From Ptychomitrium polyphyllum (taxonomy: Eukaryota): DNA of 64,000 nt. The notes beneath the pieces were generated by a model. The model was not told the origin of the DNA, searched no databases, and saw only the letters and a program-made list of their open reading frames with translations. Below, piece after piece: positions 12,301 to 23,382 of the stretch. Location: positions 7,316,001 through 7,380,000 of the forward strand of contig OZ316776.1 in NCBI GenBank assembly GCA_973851085.1, in the 5' to 3' direction. The translations under genes were made by a program, and so were the position numbers. Each line of letters begins with the position of its first letter. The stretch's first letter is position 1.

Positions 12301-15300
12301 CAGCATCACATAGTACGTCTTATCCAAAGAGTCCTGGGAATCGAGTGCACCACCTACACAAATCGCCCCAAGGTACAGGATAGAAAAGCAGAAAGTCTCG
12401 GTAAGGGGAACTCAATATTTGCATCACATAACAAACCGTGTGACACTCAAAAATAACCAAAAAGGCACACGAAACCTTCATTTTAAATGCCTAAGACTAA
12501 TACAGCACTTATGAGTCAGTTAACCGTGGTTAAACGACCAAAGTTAAACCGAATCTAGAATCTAGCTAGCAGGGTATCTGAGCGCTATGCAGAAGTGAAA
12601 GGCAAGAAGAAAAATATACCATCCGAAATCTCAAAGCGTGGCGACAGCAGGTTTTTGCAATGAGAAACTCCACGACCCCTCAAGAGAGGCTGTTTTTTGC
12701 AAACCAACTCTACACCATACCTGCACAATATCAAAGTCACCTTGAATGATCTTCAAAAAATCGCAGCAGTTATTGGCCATGGCAATCTAATTATTTCCTT
12801 ATAAGCTTCCAACTATTATATAAAAGTTAATAAACGAGCTACATGTCAAACCGACACGAAGTGCGTAATAAGCAGTAAAGGAAGACAAGCTACTCATTCA
12901 CCATCACCACGATTGAATCCGAATTCACACCAAACCCCACAGTGCAGACGGATTGTGGAACTTCTACATTTTAGTATCCAAACAAGCTTAGCTTGTTGAA
13001 ATACAAAGGTGAAATCCTACAAGTAAATCGGTTAAATAGTGGGTAAGGATCTCACTTTTGTTTGTAATAATCTGCGTAGGATGTGTATTCCAGAGGACCA
13101 AGATATCCATCCTTTTGAGGAAACGAGCTATCAGCTGTCATATCAAGGCGCACCCAATCTACATAAAATCTCTTTCCCGAATGCACCGCAGTAACGATCC
13201 TTCCCACCAATCCTTCAACTTCAACAAAACCGTCCGCCATTAGAAGTTTACCCTCAGGAGGAACTTCCTGCACAATCGTCTTCTCCACCGTATCTTGAGC
13301 CGGAAGGAGACCCGCGGCTTTCACCACATCAAATTGGGCAACCGCACCACGAATTCCATACGTTGGGTGCGCTCTTTGCCCAAAGGCTAAGCCGTATCGC
13401 AATTTCCCAAAACCATACTCTCGACGATCACCACCAAGGGCACGTTCGTCTGTCCCCAAGTACACGTCAGGCCGTGCACGCTGCAGTGGATTGTTCCACG
13501 CATCCGTTTCTATGGTTCTTTTTACCAAGTCCCAATCTACCATTTCTATAGGATCCGAAGCAACTTTGTGCACAACTGGCACAAAGAGGTATGCCTTCAC
13601 AGGATCCCAAGGAGTAGTTGCAGGCTCGACATTCACGTCGAGCACAATGCTCATGAGCCTCACATGAAAACTCTTGAGCTTGGTTAACTGCAAATACAAC
13701 CACCTTAACCTTTTAGATCACCAACAAAAAAATTACTATCCGTTTTTGAATGCTTGAAAGGGAAAGCTCCCTTGGAAACAAGTGGTCATGACACATTACA
13801 TCCTAATGATTAAGCTAAATCGGGAGTATGTTCTTTTCCAGAAAAGGGTTTGTTACTCAGGACCTTGTGATTATGCGCAAATAGTTTTGTCATCAAATGC
13901 AAGCCTTATAGTTCCTTAACAAATAATGTGCTTGAGAATGTAATGAGTTCATCTAACAAACAAATTCATACTAGTAGGCTACACCAGATTACAATACCAG
14001 ACAAACCAAACCAGCCTACCCTTATTCATTGAGAGATACAAAGTACTGCGTTGAATAATGTTCACATACTTCAATGCCCAGGTATCAGAATGATCTTAAA
14101 CCACTCTATATACAACAAGAGCGCCCTGACACTGGCATGAAAGCCAAGTGTTGTGGCAAGCAACGTGCTGGAACTCTGCGCACTATCATCGAGATTGCGT
14201 GGAGCCATAGTGTTACGCCGTAAGTTTTGCCTAGAAGTGTCCAAGACTCGTTGTATGCAGTGCATGTATCTAGCGTAAATAAGAGCAAGTAAAACAATTT
14301 TATAATAATCCTAAATGTTTGAGGTAAAAAAGATGCTCCTCGAATTTTCAACATACTCACATGCAGAAAGTTTCCATAATGGAATATTAGCATTTCGTGA
14401 CATATTCGACTCTAAACACGTCTTCTCAGCAATCCGTAACAAACAGTACCAAGGAAAAGAGGGCTATGTTACCTCCAGTAGGCTTAAATCCAAGGCACCA
14501 CAGAACTCAAGCGACGCTCTAGTAGTCATTGTTCGGGCAACGAAAAGATCCATTTGCATCGTTAACACCTGCATTTAAATTACAAAAGTTTCAACAGACA
14601 AGCACCCCACATAATTTCAAGAGTGTGAGAAGAGACAACTTATTCCTGTGAGTTCAAAATTTCAACACTGTCTACTCAAAAAGCACATCCTTGAGTTTAT
14701 AACTTGTTTAAATTAGCAATCCAAAGGGTCAGGGCAAACTTAATTGTAAAATTTTGCCAGAGGAAAGGAGAGGGAGCTTACCTCATCCTGAAGCTCTTGG
14801 CCAACAAGTATGGCAAAATCTGACGTCTCAGTCAACAGACTGTCTTTAGAGACACCAACATTTTCGCATATGACCTTATACATAAATACAAGCACCTTGC
14901 TGCCTTGTTTTGCATCAGGATCTTTATCAGCCACGATCCAATCGCCCTGTTACAATCACCAAATAATTATTTCACATTCATTAGGGGCAAATATGTACGC
15001 AATTCTTGCATTTGATGTATCAAAGTACGTAAGGGACCGTAAGAGAAGGCATAAAATCAGCTCAGCATTCTAACGATTTAAAAAAAGCGCCTGACATCTT
15101 TGCTTATGAAGGAAGTTGTTATGAGACATCAATTCAGTAACTTTCCATATTGTGATTCAGAGCTGGTTCCTATGAGGCTTCTAATAAACAGTTCCGAACC
15201 GTTAAAATACAAAACAAAACAGTAATGGAAATCTGCATTACCCTGAAGATATCCGCAATGCCCTCTGGATAATATTCTCGATGGCGGGATGTGCCAGGAA

Positions 15301-18300
15301 GAGGCTCTCCCTCTTCACTGCCTTCCAACTTGGCAGCTTCTTCCCCACTCCCTTTATCAGGTAATAGCATGTCCGTAAATGCACCCATCTCGTGAAGTTT
15401 CTTACAAGCCTCCAAGCAAACAGTCTGTTTCATGAAGTTAAAGCACTGTACTAGACATTAAAAGCCACGTAAAAGTTTCTAATTAAGAAAATAAATCAGG
15501 ACTCCAAGAACATGCACAAGAATATGCATTGGCAGTCCTGATCTTAACAATAATAAACATGGCAACAATATTGTCAATTCCAGTGTAATGCATGGATTTA
15601 ATGTTTAAGATTTACTCAATGATGCCACCAGAAAAACTCACCTGCTGCGCTCCCCGAATGGAATTACATTCTGGGCCATCCACCGTCTCTAGTGGAGCAT
15701 TGCAAGGTAGCTGCAGTTTGCATGAGTATTTTACACCTCCTGGACCCTCATGCTTGTTCATGATGAACTCGGGGCGCAAAATTGAGTACCTACATGACGG
15801 TTAGACCTCTTCAGCACCTAAGCAAATGTCTTTCAAGAAAATTAATTAAATCAAAATAAATTAAATTAAGACTATAAATCTTATAGTGCCAACAATCAGA
15901 GTCGCTGGCTGTAAAGCAGAGTAAAGAAAGGACAAATACCTGTCACTAGGAAGTTGGGAGCAGTAGAAGTGTACAAGACCAACAGCCGAGTTCATGCTTA
16001 CTACCGCACCAGTGGCCGGCACCTGGTAGATCTCCCCTTCTCCTACATCAATAGAGGCTAGAATTGCACTCTCCCGTTTTTCACCCAGATCTGTTCTTTC
16101 AATTGCCTCCTTCCGCAGGGTCTCCTCGCTGTTTTTTGCATTCCGCAAGAAAGCTTCATGTTGTAGGTTATGTCTGTTAAGAAAATATCACATTAGACAG
16201 TCATTAAAGACTACAAAAACCCTGTCACATCAGTTACACTATACCAGAGCACATGCGACAGTGTCCAAACTCCTCAAATTCACAAGATACGGAGCAGACG
16301 GGAAAACTTCTTTTGAAAAACCCATTAGCATAGCCTAAGTCGGAAAATTCAATTCTAGTACGCTTGTCATAGTTATACAAGAAAACGTGAAGATTCTAGG
16401 GCACAATTCTGGCACTTAAAATGTAAGTATATATCAGTAGATTACATGGACGTTTTTATCGTCACCTCCTCCATATTTAGAACGTGGCCCAACGTTTAGA
16501 GACATCACAGTACCTTTCGAGCATTAAAATGTAATCCGAACCCGGCTTCCGAGCCCGGCCACGACTCTGAATATAGGCTAGTACAGTTTTGGCAAGATCA
16601 AAACGGATGACCACATTACATTGGCGAATATCTAATCCCTCCTCGGCCACGCTTGTAGCCACCAGCAACGTCACCTACCTCAACCAACTTTCAACATTAG
16701 GCATGAAGCATGTTAAGCTGGTTTAAAAAGCAACTCAGCAATGCGTTTCATCATTAAGAACCACCAGAAGCCAACCATCCCACAAGACAAATTCAGCACT
16801 TAACGAGAACAGTTAATTGGTAACAATCCAGAAAACACCATCGGGCACATGAAGAACTCTCTTATCAGGATGCATGCAAAGGAATGCATAGAGACGCTTG
16901 ACCCTTAAAGCTGCATAAACCAGCTCAAGGTGATAACTGTGCCAGCAAGGTCTCTTCTTTGCCGCTAAATGTTTTAAAAGAATCCTTCCAGCTGAGGAGA
17001 ATAGAGCTAGCGCACATGGCAAACTCTTAAATCCTTTTAAGAAAACTATACTATTATCACGTACATTATCAAAAGGGTTAGCACAAATGATTGGCGCAAT
17101 CCCACAAATGATTGGCGCAATCCCACAAATGATTGGCGCAATCCCACAAGTGCTTGCAAACTCAATATTAACCACACAATGAAGTACCAAACCTGGATAC
17201 CAGAAACTTAGAACAGTTCGAGGGGTAGCCTTGCGAAGAGAGTATACCCAATTGGGCAACTAGGTCATCACTGATCACAGGGGCCTTAACTCAGCTTACA
17301 AAGAATTAAGGCCTTTGTAATCAAAGACTACCTAGTAATCCAAAAGGTCATGAGTCACATATAACCCAAACAAAGCAATGCACGCAGAAAAGTCATAGTG
17401 AACCAAAGTAATAGCACACCCGTCCATCTCGAAATTTGGAAATTGTCTCCTGCATCTGGCGTGTCCGCATATCCTGGTTGTTATTATGTCCGATCAGACT
17501 GGCACACTTCACAAACTTCAGCGAAGGCAATTCTGCGAACACCTGCATAGCATACCACCCAGTCAGACCTCCCTCTTCCTTCTTAGGAAACAGAAGAAAC
17601 AGGAAGCATATGCATTGCGAGTCAATCACCATGATGACTGCCTATTTCAAGGCGTATCTTAGTCGAAATTTAAGCCTCGGTTCGTTGCCCTCTCATCCCA
17701 TACACATATTATTCGGGTAGGTTCTTGAGGCTGCGTTACCCTGACGGTGCATTGTATTTGTGAAAAGAGGCAGGCTGACATTATTCAAATACCTACTCGA
17801 TGGAATGAGCCGACAGGCCAAAGAAGGTATATGTTTCAACTAAAAAATGTCCTCAGATAGATAATCGCAAGCTTCTTGTCACAATTGCGATGAGCCGTCA
17901 TGGTAACAAAAAGACAGTACACAATACAAATGAAATTGAGAACCTCAACCTTGCACCTCTCGTACCTGGCTTTTGTATAAAAATACAACAGAGTAAAAGT
18001 ACGACAGATGCAAGAACAAGATTAGCAACAATAGAATATTATCAGGAAGACACCAAATTTGCCACTATTCTTCGCAGCAGTGTTAAGCACCGGCGTCAAA
18101 CAAAACCTCCCTTAGCTATCATGGAATGCATGTGATGTACAACTATTCATTGCTCACTAAAAGACTACATAGTTCATTGAGCACGTAATCCACCTATTTA
18201 ACGCAATTTAGTCACCACGCAAAATAAAAATTTGAACATTTCTCGTGGTATTGTACGGTCAGGTGGTTTAGAAAAAAGTTATGCTATGTACCTTGGGTAA

Positions 18301-21204
18301 AATCTGTGCAGCAACTACCCGCTCCACAAATATAATAGCTCGGAAGTCATCGGTGTGCTGATACCCCAGCAAAATCTTAATTAAGGACTGAACTTTCGGA
18401 GTCACTTTTCCATCTGCTACAGCAGCTCCAAGAATCTCATCCACATGTTCGCCCACTGATACCACTGCATTGATGTATTCACAAAGTTAGGTGCGAGCGT
18501 GCAACCATTAAACCCTTCAAGATGATGAGTCAGAAGAACCAGGTGCATGGTTTGGGCATCCTTCATCCTAGGACGAAATGCAAGTTCCATTCAGACATGA
18601 GAAGGTGATGGACCCACCTTGAGAATCAGGAAGCTCTCCTTCTTCTACATCCATGAGGTCTTGTACTTTGTCACCCTCGGCATCTGCAGATTCCCCATTT
18701 TCAGCTGGGTCCTTACTGCCTACAGCGCCTTCACGTAGATTGCAGCGCAGGAGACCGCAAACCTTTTCCAAGTACTTCTCTTGGAATTTCACATCTAACT
18801 GATGATTCTGAATCCTCTCATCATTTCGTAGAGAGGTCAAATAATTCAGAGCCACCTGTTGCAGCGGGAAAGAAAACCTAAAGCATCAGGATGAACTCCC
18901 CTTGGTTACCTCCGATAAGAGCACTATAAAACGAACAAAACTTAGACTTCCAATAACTCTTGCTAGATACATTAGATATAATTGCAAAAATATCGCACTC
19001 TCGCCTATATATTACATCCTAGAAAGATTTGAACAGACCTTGTAGGCACACCATTGACCCAATTCGTCAAGTGCATAAATTATGGCCCTGAGCTTTTGAG
19101 CAAGACTAGCTGCGCCATCGCTTTCTGTCCTCTCTGCTACACCATAGACGAGCCGCAATTCCTCTTTAGCACCAGCGTCCCGAGCGCCCATAAATCTCCA
19201 TTTGCTGCGCCTGGCACTTGCGTTAGCAGCTTCTTCTACAGCGGTCTCCATCTGCTTTATCTCCTCGCGCAATGAGAAAAGCAAGGCCGGTTTATCATAT
19301 AAGACCATCGTTTCTGACGGCATAGGCACGTACTTCTCAAGCTCTTTCCGATCCTTAATTGTACACACTATTGAATCCAACTTACTTTCTAGATTACGAA
19401 TCTTTATCGCACAGTCCTCCTGATTCGACACCCCTGCTCAAGAGAAAGGGGAAAAAAGAGCATACGAGTCTTTATTAGAGATACAAATCTATTAGATGTG
19501 TCCAGAAAAGTCTAAAACTAAAAATTATGCTTGTGCAATGTTATCCAATTGTGAAATACCTTGCCAGACGTATTGCATTGACACAATCACGAACCCTGAC
19601 CCAAATATTCAAATGTCTAAATACCTTTCAGGTTCACGGGTGATGCTGTCATCCCAAAGACACATGGCCGCTTGTCTTTGGGTGCAATATGGTAGAATTC
19701 AGACATCACCAATGAGTAGGGATGCTTCTTCACTGCATGATGGCACTCATCTATAACGAGTAGGTGAATAGCTTCCATTCTGACAATGCTGTGCCTAAGA
19801 ATGTTCAGGAAAATCTGTGCGGTCATCACGAAAACCTACAACCAAAATAAGTTCCCATCACATCCCTGACGCAGTATTGCAGAAGATACTACTCTAAAAC
19901 GATTTTCAAGAGACTGACAAATTCACCATCCTAGAAAGACATATGCAAGATAAAGGAAGCTGGGGCAAGGAAAATCTACATCTTTCGTATCAAATTCTCG
20001 CTGCCACCTTCGAGCATCCCAGAAGTCTTGACCCATCTCTCCACAATAATGACCAACATTAAAATTGGTGCTGTTGCGAATCACCTCTGCTTGCTGCGAG
20101 AATCATGTATAAAATTAGAAACTCTTCAATTAAGTTTCGCACAATGACTAAAAGCAAACAATCTAAGCAATTTGACATCAGATCAAAACCAAAATCAAAA
20201 TCAACAAAGACAAAAAGACCTGAGCTTAATAACCAACAATCAAAAGTTCAAAAGTTCATATATGCTTGAAAAGATCAGTTCAACAATATCAATGAAAAGG
20301 TATGAATTCCACTGCAGAGCGAGTTTCAAAGTACCTGATAAACAAGTGGTACTTTCGGGACAAGAAATACCGCAAGCATACGCTTCCCCTGCTCCCGCAA
20401 CACCTTGTGCTTCTCCCTCATCAACAGCACCGCAATCAGCGTCTTCCCAGCGCCGGTCTCTAGAAATGCAATAGTGTTCTTCACCTTAGCTTGCGCCAGC
20501 ACCTCAAGCTGATAAGTCCGCGCCTTCTCCTCCCCCTCCTTCTCTTCATGCTGTCCAATCAACTGCCCCAACATCGCCACCTTCTCGGTACCCACCTCCT
20601 TCTCCTTCTCCTTCCCTCCACGCGACCGCTCCCTATCCTTCTCCTTCACCGTCTCTCTGTCTCTGTCCCTCTCCCTCTCCCTCTCCCGACCGCGAAACGG
20701 GAACGCCGCAAACCGCTCCCGGCTCTCCACCCTCGGCCCCCGCTGGTACTCCCCCCTCCTCCCAATCCACAGACTCTCTCGCTGCCCTCGCCCTCCCTTC
20801 TCCCGCCCTAGATAAGACTCCCGACTATCCAATTCCCGGTACCGCCTCCGCTTCTCATCGCGCTCCAAATTGTACTCCTCCTCCGCCCTCCGCCTCCGCT
20901 CCCCTCTCCTCTCCACATCTTCTCCCCCCTTCCCTATCCTTTCCCTCTCTCTCTCCCTCTCGCGCTCCCGCGACTTTGACCTAGACCTAGAAAACTCGCG
21001 CACCTCCGACCTCTTCCCCGCCCGCCCCTCTCGCTCAGAAACGAGACTTCGTTTCCCGTCTTCTCTTCCATTCTCCTCGCGACTCCGCCTCCGCCTGTCA
21101 AAATCATCACCGCGACCGCCTCCGCCTCCGCCTCGCCCCGGTTCGCTTCCGCGCCCAATCTCAATCCTCCGCTCTCCACCGTCCTCCCCGCGCACTCGCG
21201 CCAT
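9329..21204 (-). CDS. DCL1: DICER-LIKE 1 endoribonuclease, 20 coding exons: 21204-20335, 20093-19980, 19835-19625, 19433-19039, 18855-18618, 18464-18292, 17542-17420, 16674-16514, 16173-15940, 15789-15642, 15424-15242, 14946-14782, 14568-14473, 13687-13056, 12720-12620, 12353-12154, 11928-10987, 10716-10552, 10343-9952, 9503-9329
   Basis: DExD/H helicase ([40 protein letters not shown]), DUF283 ([17 protein letters not shown]), PAZ ([14 protein letters not shown]...[10 protein letters not shown]), RNase IIIa ([12 protein letters not shown]), RNase IIIb ([12 protein letters not shown]) and two dsRBDs ([21 protein letters not shown]). [27 protein letters not shown] is typical of the DCL1 clade. 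An in-frame TGA at 21303-21301 supports ATG 21204 unless there is a further 5' exon. Confidence 0.97.
17082..17149. repeat. Perfect tandem repeat, 21-bp unit CACAAATGATTGGCGCAATCC, 3 copies plus 5 bp, in DCL1 intron 7
   Basis: Units start at 17082, 17103 and 17124; a partial unit starts at 17145. Confidence 0.95.
17252..17343 (-). ncRNA. Intronic pre-miRNA-like hairpin in DCL1 intron 7 (probable MIR1047 orthologue)
   Basis: The minus-strand RNA folds into a 41-position bulge-free stem (30 Watson-Crick, 5 G-U, 6 mismatches) with a 10-nt loop. It lies in intron 7 (16675-17419), where P. patens DCL1a is known to carry MIR1047. The name rests on position, not a database match. Confidence 0.8.
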
Positions 21205-23382
21205 CAATCCCCTCCCAAATCCGCAATCCTCCTCCTGGTCACAAGAGATCGAGCTCCAATCGAGTGCACGAGCTCCCCCCTCTCTCTCTCTCTCCGTCTC
21301 TCAATCTCTCTCTCCCTTTCTCGTCGTTACGAGAGCTATGGCGCAAGCGAGGGAGCTGGCCGCTCCGCCGGCAAGGATGACGAGCTCTGTTCCGGCCTGA
21401 CCTCGCAGCTATGGCGACCACCCTGCGTGCGTCCCCTGTTTCCTGCGGATCGGCAACGAAGGAGTGAGCTCCGTTCGATCGCGACCGAGTGCCTTCCGAC
21501 TGGCGGACGTCTCGGGACGGGCAGTGGGGTTCTGCTGGCTGTCCAACGGACGCCCCCGACCGTTCCGCGGTCGATGGCGCTTCCTCGTCCCCGCAGCTTC
21601 TGCAATCACGGCTACTGTGGGAGACGAGAGAATCCAAAGGCTGGACGAGACCGCTGGACTGGATTCACTCCACTCGAATGCATATGTACTTCGCTTCTTC
21701 TCGTTCTTTTCTACACTGCCAGCTATTTCTTTTTCTTCTTTTTTCTTCTTTTTCTTATTTCTTTCAATAAAGATCGTTTTCTAAACATATTCTAATTCAC
21801 TTCAATCAATTTACTATAAGTTTGACGCATGGTAGTTTGTCAGACGTCAGTGTTGCTCCTGAATATGTATGTCCATTTGGTTCAAAAGATAATACTTATA
21901 TCTTTTTTAAAAGAAACTAAAACATATTAGGACTTTTTCCGATAAGTTCATTGTCTTTGACTGACAATCTGTATTTTTTACTTTTGCTTCCGGATTTTAT
22001 TCTGTTTTTCGTTCTGTGATGATTTCTTTCAACTGGTACTCCAGTTCTTCTTCGTTTTTTACTTTTACTCTTACTTTTTCGACTAAATTAATCAAATTCT
22101 GGGGATTCAAGCTTGAACTTTATTGTCTTTCATCAGAGTTTGTGACTATCTCATGATTTTGATTTTGTTTGTGACTTTTTCATAATTTTGATAAATGATT
22201 TTGTTTGTTCTGTGATTCTTTCTTTCAACTCATGTGGCTGAAGCAACTCCAGGACTCAAACTTTTTTATTTTCTCTTACATTTAGCATGCTTTTTATTTC
22301 CTTCTTTTTTTAGGTTTTTATAAAAAACATTTAGTTTCCATCTTGTCTATCCATCTACACATATCAATTGAGATTTCACTTGAGAATTCACTTGAGACTT
22401 GAGTCTTGAGATAAAAACTTGCATTAAATGCTATCACATCAAAGATGTGATGGTTGTCTTACTTGTTATTTTAGAATTTAAGTTTACTTCTATGAACTTC
22501 CAATGTATTTCAATGATAAAATCGTAGTATATGCTCAAATATACAAATTTATATAGTTGTAAATGTTCATGTATGGTATTTAAACTTCAACTAATTAAAT
22601 GAATCCAAAAACACAAAACCATCTTGAAACCATAACACATCACATATATGACATAATATGAAGTATACATAAATTGACATTTATTTATATCATCCAAAAT
22701 TTGTTTTCTAATTTCTCATCCTAAATGCAAAAATCATCAGTTATATCACTCCACCCTATCATAAATTATGTCACATTCAGAACTCAGTCGTACCTATGTT
22801 TCTGTGATGCTTCTTTCAATGTATAGTGGCTTGAGCTACTTCAACACACTTGTTCATGTATGGTGTTTAAACTTCAAAAAAAATTCTTTTATATGAGAAT
22901 GTCATGGTCTACTGGCTGCATGACTTTCGACTTTTCTAAATTCTAATTTGTGTGTTTTGTTCAGTGATACGATGATACTCTAGGGCATCGATAGGCTGTG
23001 CGGGTAGTACAGTTCTCGCTTTCAGTCTTCCTTGACTTACTGTAGATGGACCAATGTGAGGTTGGTCTTAAGTTACTGGCTGTCAGGTATGGACGGTTGG
23101 AAGGATTGCTAGGGCCAAGACATCGTGTGAAGGAATATTAGATCATATTAGCCTACAGAAAGTTCAGTAGACTGGTGGTAGTTGGTAAATGTAAGGGCCA
23201 CTTCACATCTTGTCCTTTTAGAGATTGTCCTTTTAGAGATTGGACAAGCAGAAAAATTTAACCCAATATATGGGTAGTTTAGATAAAGGATAAGTCATGG
23301 AAAAGATAGGATGATATTAAAATAATGAAGATGTCAAAAAAAGATTTCCATGGTTTAAGTCTTGGATTGGTATCTCAAAACT

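Noticed and set aside
14559..14793. miR162 target site at the DCL1 exon 12/13 junction
   Set aside because: The spliced sequence CTTCAGGATGAG|GTGTTAACGA differs at several positions from the angiosperm site as I recall it (CTGGATGCAGAG|GTATTATCGA). It is unlikely to be a target; miR162 is not known from mosses.
20491..21795. Long + strand Ser/Pro/Leu-rich ORFs
   Set aside because: Antisense shadows of the GA-rich DCL1 exon 1 and its GC-rich leader.
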